Shown here in pieces: positions 1-10,060 of a stretch of DNA of 64,000 bases. How positions within the stretch are numbered: position 1 is the stretch's first letter; each line of letters starts with the position of its first letter. Under the pieces are notes generated by a model. The model ran no database searches and was not told the DNA's origin. It worked only from the letters and a program-made list of their open reading frames with translations. The position numbers were made by a program, and so were the translations under genes. The stretch is from an uncultured delta proteobacterium (GTDB taxonomy: Bacteria; Desulfobacterota; Syntrophia; Syntrophales; UBA2185). The stretch is from contig CAVSPA010000006.1 of assembly GCA_963729715.1 (NCBI GenBank), positions 128,001 through 192,000 of the forward strand. Reading direction: 5' to 3'.

Positions 1-181
1 CTTCTTTAAGCAAGCGGACGCATCCAAGCTCCAGGTAGCGATGGTATAGATACTGAACGATTTGGGCTTCCTTGGCATTGATCAGCAGTTTACGATTCTT
101 GACGTCATAGCCGAGGGGGACGAATCCGCCCATCCACATCCCCTTCTTCTTGGAGGCAACAATTTTATCTCTGATACGCTT
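1..181 (-). pseudogene. Internal fragment of a large serine recombinase
   Basis: Minus strand reads RIRDKIVASKKKGMWMGGFVPLGYDVKNRKLLINAKEAQIVQYIY, then after a frameshift HRYLELGCVR. This is the typical helix-E/recombinase-domain junction. No N-terminal catalytic domain is present. Confidence 0.8.
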
Positions 182-234
182 TACGGCACGATTGGCAACC
201 CCGGTCGTCTTTCCGCCACGCCTGCCGGCCCTAA

Positions 235-315
235 TCATAATGCGCCACAATGACATACTTTATTACTTGCTTCTTGTTTTTGGTGGCACACCGGACACTC
301 TGCCAAAATCGCCAT
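235..315 (-). pseudogene. N-terminal remnant of a probable tyrosine integrase (Cys-rich N-terminus)
   Basis: MAILAECPVCHQKQEASNKVCHCGAL*. Resembles, from memory, the CPxC...CxCG N-terminus of deltaproteobacterial integrases. Stops after 26 codons. Confidence 0.55.
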
Positions 316-552
316 AATGAAAGTTCTTCTTTCATAGAAAATTAAAACCCCTGAGATTTCTCCCGGACCACGGGACCCGCTCCCAGCCTCGCGGCTGAAA
401 GAATCTCAAGGGCTTTTAGCTGCACGTTCGTTTTCATGTTCCTATGGTCTTGGAGAATATGTATCTATCTATCTATACATCTATCCATATGCGTCTGTCA
501 AGTATTTTTCGTTTGCGGTTGAAACATCTGTAAATACATGATAAAAAGGTTC

Positions 553-711
553 ATGGAAAAGAAAGAACGTAAAAACTATAATACCAAACTCGATGTAGCT
601 TTAATTAAGAAACTAAAATTCCTTTCTGTTGAAACTGATGCTCGCCAAAACGATCTCTTAGAAGAAGCCATTAAAGACCTGTTGAAAAAGTACGAAAAAA
701 AGAAAACGTGA
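553..711 (+). CDS. Ribbon-helix-helix DNA-binding protein (52 aa, below ORF track cutoff)
   Basis: MEKKERKNYNTKLDVALIKKLKFLSVETDARQNDLLEEAIKDLLKKYEKKKT; RHH pattern; AAGGT upstream. Confidence 0.8.
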   Translation: MEKKERKNYNTKLDVALIKKLKFLSVETDARQNDLLEEAIKDLLKKYEKKKT

Positions 712-762
712 AAATATTGTTTACCTGTTTTTTAGTTTTCATTTATATGCCTGATTGACGAT

Positions 763-1020
763 ATGCTTATGCCCGAGTATGCAATATGGACATTGATTGT
801 CAGCTTAACCGGCCTTGCGCTTGGGTTGTTTCTTAAGTGTAGGGATCTTTCCTCTAGGTTGAAGAACTCTGAGAATGAGCAAAATAGTCTTCAGTCTGAA
901 CTTTATACTTTGAAAGAGGCTCAGAATAAGGAAATATCTGACATTAAGAAAGACCACAAAAAAGAGACGGATGAACTCAGAAACAAGATTCGCAAGCTTA
1001 GTCATATTGAGCCGCAGTAG
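763..1020 (+). CDS. Small protein, N-terminal TM helix plus coiled coil
   Basis: Hydrophobic residues ~7-24 followed by a charged heptad-like region. Confidence 0.55.
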   Translation: MLMPEYAIWTLIVSLTGLALGLFLKCRDLSSRLKNSENEQNSLQSELYTLKEAQNKEISDIKKDHKKETDELRNKIRKLSHIEPQ

Positions 1021-1089
1021 ATAGAGGCAAGTTCTTAAACAAACACCCCTCCGCAAAATTCCACCGATAGACAAAGATCGTCGATACAA

Positions 1090-2322
1090 ATGTTTAGAAT
1101 CGGTCCGACAGCAAGGGGAAGCTCCACAGGAAAGCGCTACATCGGGGGAAGTATAAAATTATACCAAGGGGAATGCGTCATAGAAAGCAAACCATATTCT
1201 AAGGGACTCGAAGGTGTAGTAGCTGACGAAACTCGCATTTGCAAAATCGATGGCATCAGTGGGAAACTATACTACCGGGGTTACTCCATCGAGGATCTTG
1301 CTGCCTATTCAAACTATGAGGAAGTCTGCTATCTGCTTCTCTATGAGCAACTTCCAACTATTGCTGAACTGAAGAACTTTTCGCAACGGATGCGGCAAAG
1401 CCGTCACCTCGTCCAGCCGGTTCTGGATATGATAAAATCTTTTCCCGCCTCCGCCCATCCCATGGAATTATTGCAATCATCTGTCTCCTACTTGAGCGGA
1501 TATGTGAAACATCGCATTGAACATTCTGCCACCTGTAACTGTCGAGACACGCTTTATCAGATTTCACAGCTTGCCAGCGTTGTTGCCATGTACGGTCGCT
1601 ATCGGGAAAAAAAGGAATATGTAACGCCACGAATGGACCTCTCGCATGGGGCCAATTTTCTGTATATGCTAAATGGAACCGAGCCGGATAGCCTCGAAGG
1701 CGAAATAATGGATAAGTGCCTGCTAATACACGCTGAACATGATTTTAACGCATCCACATTTGCGGCGCGGGTTGTCGCTTCAACCCTTTCAACCTGCTAC
1801 TGCAGCATATCAAGCGCAATAGGTGCGCTCTATGGATCGCTTCATGGAGGGGCAAACCAGCGAGTTATAGAAATGGTCGAGGAAATCGGAGATAAGAATA
1901 ATGTGGCCGTTTGGATGGACAGAGCTTTTGCCCAAAAGAGGAAAGTAATGGGGATGGGGCACCGTGAGTATAAAGCGAAAGATCCACGGGCAAACATCAT
2001 ACAAGAATTTCTTATACAACTTTCCGAAAAGAAGAAAGACTTTCGGTACTATGAGATTTTGCAGGAAGTTGAAAAGGTATTCCGCAGTAAAATGGAAACT
2101 GTGGGTAAACCCATTTATCCCAATGTTGACTTTTACTCCGGCACCGTCTACCGCCTTCTGGGTATTCCATCCATCCTCTTTACTCCGATTTTTGCCATGG
2201 GGAGAGTTGCCGGATGGCTTGCTCATATTCTGGAACAAAGGAGCGACAATCGCATCTATCGTCCGGAAAGCCTTTGGGCAGGTCCTGAACCCCGCAGCTA
2301 TACTCCCATTGAGAAACGATAA
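1090..2322 (+). CDS. gltA: Citrate (Si)-synthase family protein; true start probably ~25-30 codons downstream
   Basis: SKGLEGV, LYYRGY, HAEHDFNASTF, LHGGAN, MGMGHR and YPNVDFYSG motifs. Confidence 0.92.
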   Translation: MFRIGPTARGSSTGKRYIGGSIKLYQGECVIESKPYSKGLEGVVADETRICKIDGISGKLYYRGYSIEDLAAYSNYEEVCYLLLYEQLPTIAELKNFSQRMRQSRHLVQPVLDMIKSFPASAHPMELLQSSVSYLSGYVKHRIEHSATCNCRDTLYQISQLASVVAMYGRYREKKEYVTPRMDLSHGANFLYMLNGTEPDSLEGEIMDKCLLIHAEHDFNASTFAARVVASTLSTCYCSISSAIGALYGSLHGGANQRVIEMVEEIGDKNNVAVWMDRAFAQKRKVMGMGHREYKAKDPRANIIQEFLIQLSEKKKDFRYYEILQEVEKVFRSKMETVGKPIYPNVDFYSGTVYRLLGIPSILFTPIFAMGRVAGWLAHILEQRSDNRIYRPESLWAGPEPRSYTPIEKR

Positions 2323-2515
2323 AGTTCGATGGTAAAAAGTCAGTAAACAACGCATCTACCTGTTAGGATCATCAATCTTGATAAAGAGGTAATTTAAATT
2401 TTTTCTATCCCCTCTGCTGAAAAAGTTTAAGAGAATCTGATCGAGGCCCTAACCTTGCGACCGCCAGGATATTGTGATAATCTGCAAAAATAGGAAAGAA
2501 GAAGGACGGAAGACT

Positions 2516-3199
2516 ATGGATAAGGCGGCATTCCATAAACTCAGTTACGGTCTGTACGTCGTAAGTTCGAGGAAAGATGATCTATTCAATGGCCAGATCG
2601 CCAATACGCATTTTCAAGTAACATCAGAACCGCCGACTGTTGCAGTCGGTATTAATAAACAGAATCTCACCCATGAGTATATTCAGGCAAGTGGGAAATT
2701 TGCCGTATCCGTCTTATCGAAGTTGGTGCCTATGCAATTCATCGGTCTCTTAGGCTTTAAATGTGGGAGGGATATCAACAAATTTGAAAATTTAAATATC
2801 AGGCTTGGAAAAACTGGTGTTCCCGTTGTGTTGGATCACTCCATAGCCTACATTGAGGCCGAGGTGATAAATGAAATGAACTGCGGCAGCCATACGATAT
2901 TCGTAGGTCAGGTGCGGGATTGTGGCATCCTCAATAGTAATGATGAATCTATGACCTATGCCTATTATCACGAAGTGAAAGGCGGCAAGTCCCCGAAGAC
3001 GGCACCGACCTATCAGGCGCCTGACAACGTCGAAAATGGAGACAGATATCCATGCTCAGTATGTGGATACGTTTATGATCCGGAGAAAGGAGATCCCGAT
3101 TCCGGCGTCAAACCGGGAACAAAATTCGCAGATCTCCCCGGAGACTGGATGTGTCCTATCTGTGGAGCCGATAAATCAAAGTTTGAAAAAGGAGAATGA
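2516..3199 (+). CDS. Flavin reductase-rubredoxin fusion (high-molecular-weight rubredoxin)
   Basis: Flavin_Reduct domain (LSYGLYVV...GSHTIFVG...TYAYYH) plus [10 protein letters not shown]...CPICGA rubredoxin. Confidence 0.9.
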   Translation: MDKAAFHKLSYGLYVVSSRKDDLFNGQIANTHFQVTSEPPTVAVGINKQNLTHEYIQASGKFAVSVLSKLVPMQFIGLLGFKCGRDINKFENLNIRLGKTGVPVVLDHSIAYIEAEVINEMNCGSHTIFVGQVRDCGILNSNDESMTYAYYHEVKGGKSPKTAPTYQAPDNVENGDRYPCSVCGYVYDPEKGDPDSGVKPGTKFADLPGDWMCPICGADKSKFEKGE

Positions 3200-3570
3200 C
3201 GCCAGCTCTCACAATAAGTATGTCATTTCGAAGGAACTAATTAACGAAGAAATCCTGATGGCCATAGGTACGGAGCGTTGGTCATCTTTAATTAATAATA
3301 TCTATATCCTCGCTTCCATCGCGACGGCTCCATGCGGGTTGTCGGCAATTACGGTAGCACCACTCTCTTTCGATGTGGTCTTCAATTGTGACAACTGCTC
3401 ACTTCTGAAAATTTGTGGCATCAAAACTTGCAAGCATGCCAGTTGTGCATTTATTTTACGAATTGATCCTGCTATTATTTTTATGACCAGTCGTCCTAAC
3501 TAAATCAATTAAAAGGGGTAGTGCAATCTAAGCACCACCCCTCACAAAAAATTACTGCCTTTATGAACTC

Positions 3571-4368
3571 TTAAAGAATACCCAATTCTTTTCCGAGTTC
3601 TTTGAACTGCTTGGGAAATTCCGGCTGGAAGTTAAGATAAACAGGCACAGGATACTGAGCGCCGACTTTTTTACCCGCCTCTTGTAAGGCTTGATGTATA
3701 TCCGTGAGGTATTTGCCTGGCAGTGAGAAAACGATTTCATCATCCTGAGTCATGGAGAAGGCGCGGTCTCCTGTTCCGGGCATGGCAACGTGCGGCGCCA
3801 TGTCTTTAAACGGCGCGAGCAGATATTCGGTGCATTCAATTTTACCCCCGAAGTTACCCTTAACGCGTTGGCCTTGTCGATAAGTCCATGCGTGTACCAT
3901 GCGCATAAGCTGAGCCGGATTTCCGTAAAAGGCAACTATGTCCGGTTCGAAGGTTGCCCTGTGCAGGGGTGCAAACAAAATGGCCCCATACTCATCCTTA
4001 CGCAACCGTGTGATTGAGGCAGCTTCCTTCCGCCCTACTTCCTCACTCATCGAATAGCTTCCTTCACAGAAGAGCCTTCCGAGAGAGGCGGCAGAATCCG
4101 TTGACTCACTGAAACCGAAGGCAATGGCTGCAGGAACACAGACGATGTCGTCTTTTGTCAAGCCTACCGTCCATCCATAAACCCGAGCCATGGTGACGGC
4201 CTGGCAAATGGTTATCTTTTTCCCGAGGGCTACGGATGGCTGACGGGTTTTTTCAGGAAAATCTTTTTTATCCTTTAAGAATTTAACCGCGACAGGGAAA
4301 GTCTTTAGCCTCACGTTGTTTCTTATGAAATCAGCCACTTCCTTTAAATTTTGTTCTCCCATAATCAT
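3571..4368 (-). CDS. DUF169 family protein
   Basis: PVAVKF, CQAVTMAR, PDIV, NPAQLMR and PGTGDR motifs. Confidence 0.8.
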   Translation of the reverse strand: MIMGEQNLKEVADFIRNNVRLKTFPVAVKFLKDKKDFPEKTRQPSVALGKKITICQAVTMARVYGWTVGLTKDDIVCVPAAIAFGFSESTDSAASLGRLFCEGSYSMSEEVGRKEAASITRLRKDEYGAILFAPLHRATFEPDIVAFYGNPAQLMRMVHAWTYRQGQRVKGNFGGKIECTEYLLAPFKDMAPHVAMPGTGDRAFSMTQDDEIVFSLPGKYLTDIHQALQEAGKKVGAQYPVPVYLNFQPEFPKQFKELGKELGIL

Positions 4369-4524
4369 ATCCTCCCATCATTCTAAGACTACAGAGAAAA
4401 GACGCTCCGTTTTCTTTTCAAGATCTATATGTGTAGTATAAACAGGTTTTATCTTAGATTACAAATGGAAATCATTATTTCTTCTGTTAATAATAAACCT
4501 ACAGTGCGGAGAGCTTCAATTGTC

Positions 4525-4554
4525 TTGACACACAAGAATACCTTTCACTATACT
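4525..4554 (+). promoter_or_regulatory. Sigma70-type promoter
   Basis: TTGACA-N18-TATACT upstream of the hydrolase RBS AAGGAGG. Confidence 0.55.
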
Positions 4555-4602
4555 TTTCAGTAAATGAAGTAAGTTCGCAGCAAACTAATCAAGGAGGTCA
4601 GT

Positions 4603-5550
4603 ATGAGAAATAAGATATTTGTTGCCCTAATTGGCGCGTGCCTGGTCCTTGCCATGACCGGTCCCGCTGCGTCTCAAACTATAACCGGGGCTGAGCACCG
4701 GGTGGACAACGGGAATATTCGGTTGTATGTCTGGGAAAAATACACTGGAAGCCCGGCAGGCAAGCCGATTGTCGTTTTGTGTCACGGCTCTGCTACGGCA
4801 GGAAAGGAAAGCTTTGATCTCCAAGTTCGCGGACAGGCTACATACAGCCTGATGGATGTGCTTGCCAGGGCAGGTTTCGATGTCTTTGCTCCGGATGTTC
4901 GTGGATTCGGCCGCTCGACTCATCCGGCGGGCCACATGACAACGATGGAGGCCAGCCAGGATCTGAACGCGGTGGTGGACTACATTCTCAAAAAGAGAGG
5001 GGCCACGAAGGTGAATCTTCTCGGATGGTCGTGGGGCACCCAGTACGGCGGGATGTTCGTGATGGCGCAGCCCGGAAAAGTAGAGAGGTACATCTCGTAT
5101 GCACAGATGCACGTGAACAGTCCTGACATCGCTAAGAGACGGCCACGTGTGGATGCGTTCCGCAAAAATCCGTACGTCACCATCCCGGAGGCCGGGTGGA
5201 AACCGCGCTTCTACTCCATGACGCCGGCTGAGGCCAATGATCCCGAAGTAGTTGATGCCTATGCTAAGGCGGCGGCGCAGGTCGAGGTGAAGTCACCCAC
5301 CGGCCCGCAGCTTGATATGGTAACGATTATGCCGATGATCAATGCCCGACTGATGCCTGTTCCTACGATGATCATCCACGGCCAGTATGATGATGTGGCG
5401 GACATGAATGGATTGTTACCCTTCTTCAGCGAACTTCCGAGTCCCGCCAAGGATTATGTTATCGTTCCCAATGCGGGTCATATGATGCATCTCCAGAAGG
5501 GGCATCGAATTTTCCAGCACCACGTGATCGGCTTTTTCAGCGCGCCGTGA
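4603..5550 (+). CDS. Exported alpha/beta hydrolase
   Basis: Signal peptide; HG oxyanion motif, DVRGFGRS, GWSWG nucleophile elbow, catalytic D and GH. Confidence 0.88.
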   Translation: MRNKIFVALIGACLVLAMTGPAASQTITGAEHRVDNGNIRLYVWEKYTGSPAGKPIVVLCHGSATAGKESFDLQVRGQATYSLMDVLARAGFDVFAPDVRGFGRSTHPAGHMTTMEASQDLNAVVDYILKKRGATKVNLLGWSWGTQYGGMFVMAQPGKVERYISYAQMHVNSPDIAKRRPRVDAFRKNPYVTIPEAGWKPRFYSMTPAEANDPEVVDAYAKAAAQVEVKSPTGPQLDMVTIMPMINARLMPVPTMIIHGQYDDVADMNGLLPFFSELPSPAKDYVIVPNAGHMMHLQKGHRIFQHHVIGFFSAP

Positions 5551-5596
5551 CCCACCATCGAAATGAAGGGGTTAACCAATCACGGTTAGCTCCTTC

Positions 5597-8521
5597 TTAT
5601 TTCCGTGTGAGAAATGTTTTCTCCTGAGTTGCTGCTCGGAAGACGGCTTCAATGGCAATTGCTGTTACGGCAGCTCCATAGTCAAGGTCAATGTTGGCCA
5701 TCGTATCACGGCTATCATGATATCCGTGACGGCTGATATCATAATTCTCCATGAAAAGAACTACCGGTATGCCTGCATCAGTGAATATCTGGGCATCTGT
5801 ATTATAAAGCGTACTCTTGGGATCACGGGGCAGACGGATTTCACCATCAAGTTTCGGGTGTAACGCAATTTCCGGGACCGTCTTTTCATTGGAACTTCGC
5901 TTTCCCTGAGCACATCTGCTGCGGGACGGGCTCATATTCCAAATATCGGTAGAGGCGTTCCACATCTCATTGGCCATATGGGCCTGATAAGCCAACCATA
6001 ACGATTCCTCTCCAATGCCCGGAGATACTTGAAATTTGTCACGTTCACTCTCACTGTTATGTGCAACCATATCAAGAATAAACGCGCCCTGAATTTGTAC
6101 ATCCGAAAGGTCTTTTTCTCTATCATTTGATAAGCGCAATTTCAGTGTGCCCTCTATAAGATGTTGGCAGAGATTGCGTGCTCCGAGACAGTCTGAGGGG
6201 AATTCCTCGCCGGTGAGATGAATAAGCCAGATGTCGCAACCGAGCTTTCCCTCCTTGCTGAGTCCGCAAAAAATCGGAGCGGCGCGCATCAGCGCAGCGG
6301 TTGCGGAGTGGTTATCATCTGCCCCGGCCGACGCGAGACGCGCGCCGGAGCCGCCTTGCTCCTTATAATAAATATCTTCCATGTATGCCGTGTCGTAATG
6401 ATCGGCCATGATAACCGCCCGACGGCGATCACGTCCGGGAATCATGACCAGGAGATTTCGCTCCTCAAGTCGCCCCAACTGGTCATTAGCCCAACCTCCC
6501 CACCAGTCAAAGTCAAAATCAGTTTTCCATCGGAAAGGCAGGTCGCCGACCAGTGCCTTTCCCTGCATTCCGCATTCAGCGAGGACCCGCCTGTAGTAGG
6601 CAAGCAAGTAATTTCCAAGCCCTTCCAGATCTCGATGATGATGCTTCAGCATCCTTTGAGTCACGGCGTCTAGGATGCAGTCGGAATTGGCTTTGTTCCG
6701 ATATTTGCCGGTCGATAGATGAAGGATATCCTGCCAATACCGCACTTCAAAAGAACGAACAGCAGTGCGGCCAAAAGTCAGCGAGGCCGACAGTCCTTTC
6801 TTTCCCGAAACTGGCACAATCGGCTTTTTGTGTTCGATCTGATCCTGTAATCGATCGGCGAGCACTTGACCTTTTTCTCTGTCGCCCGCGATTTCCGGCA
6901 AAGATGCGAGCCATGCATCAAGAGTCCTACTTTCCGGCAGCATCAATATCTGTCTTGCAAAAGTGCGAGGAAGCTTTCTATTGCCGGTGAGTTTGTGCGC
7001 TTCCAGCAGATTCAGCGCTCTCGTAATTGTTTTTTGCTCATGTTTTTTATCTTTGAGAAGTTCGATGACGGCCATATGCGCGTTTCGTTTGTAAGGGCTC
7101 GGCCAGAGTTCGATTGGACGATCCGAATCAATATGCCGCTTTGCATTATAGGCAGTAAGATATCCCATAAGGGTATCATGAAGCACAGTCTGCTTATCCG
7201 CATTGTGCGGCACGCACGCTACGAGAGGGCGATGCCAGTAGACTTGGTATGAGCCTATGCACATCGGTGGATATTGAAATCTGTATCCAAACATACCGCC
7301 CTGATTGATTGACTTTATGGCGGCATCGATTTCGGCTCTTGCCGCGGTTGGGCCGTTGAGCAATAGTTGGTAGTCCTGAGTCCATATCTGGCTGTTGCGT
7401 GCCATGGGTTTGCCATACAGATCCAGGTCTTTGGGATTCGTACTGAAAAGCACGTTGGCGATATGATCCTGACGTCCTGGAGTCGCGAGCTCATCTTCGT
7501 AACGGTGCACCTTTGCCCAGCGATGGGTCCGCCGGAAGGTACTTCTAATCGGTCCGAAGTCTTCATTGGGTAAGGGATGGTTTTGCCGTGGTATGTGCAT
7601 CCAGCCGGACTGAGGCACACGCAGTCCATAAGGAGACTCATGACGCTCCACAAGACCCAGCAAGGGAATCTGGTTGGCCATCGTTAATTCACTTTGCATT
7701 TTGATATAACCGGGGACGCCCCAAAAAAGCAAGCTACCCGGGAAAGGCAGCAAGTTTAGTTCACCCGCTAAATATGCTCTTTTCAAATCGGCAGGAAGTC
7801 CCTTGAATGGTTCAAAGTTCAAAAGATATTTAACACCTTTCAATGACATTCCCCGATGCCAGGTCAAGGGCGATGCCCAAACCGGCCGCAGATTATCGTG
7901 TGGATCATCCTCCTCAAAAATGCGAAAGCCGGAACCATGGAGATCAGATAATTTCTCAAAGGGTTCGCCGTAGGCGGCATGGAGAAGTGTTCTAATAAAA
8001 TCCATTCCTCTTTCTGATGGTAGCTCACTGCCCTCAGAGGTGAAAAAACTCTTCCAAAAAGGACGGGCGGGCCCCTGCTCACTGCCGCCAAAGAATGTCC
8101 ACCGTCTCCTGCCCTTGTCGTCATGGGTGAGAGAAAGAGCAAGCGGCAGAAGCAAAACGAAGCGTTCATGATTTAACTTTCCCGCCTGCTTGGCAAGTTC
8201 CGGCGGCCAGTAAGGGTTATTGACCAATTTGCTCTTGGCAATGTGTTTAGCGGGTTCCCCGCGAGCCAGATGAACCAAAGACTCCAGAACCTGGCGGGCG
8301 ATATTTTCCAGCCCCGGACGCAATTCGTAATATTCTTCAAACTCTGTGACCGGGAAACCATAAGGGTTCTCTTCAGAGAAGAAGCCGTGTATCCTCCCGC
8401 CGTAAGGGCTGCAGCCTAAATGGATCGGCGGCATGAACTCAGAATAAGCCGCTATCGGGTGTTGCCCCCGTTCACCTGACGAACAACTTTTTATCAGACT
8501 CTTCCAACCCATGAGTGGCAT
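5597..8521 (-). CDS. Large protein with C-terminal M28 metallopeptidase domain
   Basis: ADHYDT, GADDNHS, TGEE, LDM and YHDSRDT zinc-ligand motifs in the last ~300 aa; N-terminal region not recognised. Confidence 0.82.
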   Translation of the reverse strand: MPLMGWKSLIKSCSSGERGQHPIAAYSEFMPPIHLGCSPYGGRIHGFFSEENPYGFPVTEFEEYYELRPGLENIARQVLESLVHLARGEPAKHIAKSKLVNNPYWPPELAKQAGKLNHERFVLLLPLALSLTHDDKGRRRWTFFGGSEQGPARPFWKSFFTSEGSELPSERGMDFIRTLLHAAYGEPFEKLSDLHGSGFRIFEEDDPHDNLRPVWASPLTWHRGMSLKGVKYLLNFEPFKGLPADLKRAYLAGELNLLPFPGSLLFWGVPGYIKMQSELTMANQIPLLGLVERHESPYGLRVPQSGWMHIPRQNHPLPNEDFGPIRSTFRRTHRWAKVHRYEDELATPGRQDHIANVLFSTNPKDLDLYGKPMARNSQIWTQDYQLLLNGPTAARAEIDAAIKSINQGGMFGYRFQYPPMCIGSYQVYWHRPLVACVPHNADKQTVLHDTLMGYLTAYNAKRHIDSDRPIELWPSPYKRNAHMAVIELLKDKKHEQKTITRALNLLEAHKLTGNRKLPRTFARQILMLPESRTLDAWLASLPEIAGDREKGQVLADRLQDQIEHKKPIVPVSGKKGLSASLTFGRTAVRSFEVRYWQDILHLSTGKYRNKANSDCILDAVTQRMLKHHHRDLEGLGNYLLAYYRRVLAECGMQGKALVGDLPFRWKTDFDFDWWGGWANDQLGRLEERNLLVMIPGRDRRRAVIMADHYDTAYMEDIYYKEQGGSGARLASAGADDNHSATAALMRAAPIFCGLSKEGKLGCDIWLIHLTGEEFPSDCLGARNLCQHLIEGTLKLRLSNDREKDLSDVQIQGAFILDMVAHNSESERDKFQVSPGIGEESLWLAYQAHMANEMWNASTDIWNMSPSRSRCAQGKRSSNEKTVPEIALHPKLDGEIRLPRDPKSTLYNTDAQIFTDAGIPVVLFMENYDISRHGYHDSRDTMANIDLDYGAAVTAIAIEAVFRAATQEKTFLTRK

Positions 8522-8738
8522 TTTATTTTTCTCACTTGTCCCGCGAAGTTTGCCACAGTTGTAACAGATTTTTCCTGATGTTGCATCTTGATTATTGCCA
8601 TGAGAATTTCCGTATGCTCACTGTAAGATCGGCCTTAACAGTTTCAGCTTTCCATAAGGAAGAGGGGTGAGGACATGGTACTCTCGATCTGTTAAAGTTG
8701 AATATCACAAACAACAAAAGCAGAAAGGAGAAGTGACC

Positions 8739-9051
8739 ATGTCCGAGAGAGATTATAACAGGCAGGCAGCCAGGCGTCAAAGGATCAGTAAAGCGGGTAG
8801 TCGGGGTGGATGTCGGCAAGGCATTCAATGCAGTGGGATTTATGAACAAGGACGGCAATGTATTGGGCAGCTATGCGAAGCTGTATAACAACCGGGAAGG
8901 GTTTGAGCAGTTTGTAAAGATGATTGAAGGGCTCAAAGCGAAGCATCGTCTCAGAGACGTCCTTATCGGGATGGAGCCGACGGGGCATTACTGGAGGAAG
9001 CTTGCCTATTTCGCGAAAGAGCATGGCTATAAGGAAGCCGCCATTATTTAA
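8739..9051 (+). pseudogene. IS110-family transposase N-terminal fragment, frameshifted and truncated
   Basis: RBS AAGGAG and ATG at 8739; frameshift near 8795 into VVGVDVGK...IGMEPTGHYWRKL (DEDD domain start); stops at 9051. Confidence 0.85.
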
Positions 9052-9306
9052 ATGAATCTTCCCGATTTCTCCACCCTTGCAGTCAACAATCGTTGAGAAA
9101 GTAAAAGGTAGAGCCAGTCTTGACTCTGCCTTCGCATCCGATTTTTCTTGACTTTGCGACGCAACTGCCTTAGGCTACGCGCACAGGAAGCGCCGCCTAG
9201 TAGGCTGCTTAATGATCAACGCAGACATTTTGAAGTGCGAGAAATAGCCGCCATGCTCTTCGGAATTTTGGCGGCTATTTTATGTCTGTATTAAAAGGAG
9301 ATCCTG

Positions 9307-9954
9307 TTGCTGAAAAAATATCGATATATGCTGACTGGTAAGATTGAAGGTTCTTTTTATCACCTCATCCGCGCCTACAGCTGGACATTTCGACTACACA
9401 TCGAAAACGAGAAGCCCTGGCAGGAGTATCTGCAGAATGGCGGCCGGGTTCTCTTGTGCTGCTGGCACCAAATCTTCTTCTCTGCCATACGCCACTTCAA
9501 GACCTATGCCTCGTATCATCCCGCGCTGATGATCAGCCAGAGCAAAGACGGCGACATCGTCGCCGGTATCGCCGAGAAATCCGGCTGGCATGCAGTGCGG
9601 GGATCATCCTCACGAGATGGGGGCCGCGCCCTGAAAGAAATGATTGCTCACCTGAGATTATCGGGTCTTGCCGCTCACGTCGTGGACGGTCCGAAGGGGC
9701 CGGCCGGGGTCATCAAGGCCGGGGTGGTCAGCCTGGCGCGAGCCACCGGCGCCGTTGTTGTTCCAATCTACGCGACATCCGACCGTGCCTGGTATTTTAA
9801 CAGCTGGGATCACTTCATGCTGCCGAAGCCTTTTGCGAGAGTGAACCTGCGCTTTGGCGAGATGCTGGATCTCACCTCCGGGGCGAGCGACAAGGATTTT
9901 GAACTCCAACGCGTCCGACTCCAGGAGATCATGCAACCCGGCCTACTCACTTGA
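9307..9954 (+). CDS. DUF374 / lysophospholipid acyltransferase family protein
   Basis: CWH, ISQSKDGD, VRGSSSR, VDGPKGP, SWDHFMLPKPF. Confidence 0.85.
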   Translation: MLKKYRYMLTGKIEGSFYHLIRAYSWTFRLHIENEKPWQEYLQNGGRVLLCCWHQIFFSAIRHFKTYASYHPALMISQSKDGDIVAGIAEKSGWHAVRGSSSRDGGRALKEMIAHLRLSGLAAHVVDGPKGPAGVIKAGVVSLARATGAVVVPIYATSDRAWYFNSWDHFMLPKPFARVNLRFGEMLDLTSGASDKDFELQRVRLQEIMQPGLLT

Positions 9955-10060
9955 TCCGTGCCTTGCCCTTAAATTCTTGTAATCTTCACAACCCGATTTT
10001 ACACCTTCATTATAGATTTTAAATGGTATTCATGGTAGCTTGTGTTTACAAAAGGAAAAT

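Noticed and set aside
3036..3503. 155-aa ORF overlapping the rubredoxin gene
   Set aside because: No recognisable motifs; likely spurious.
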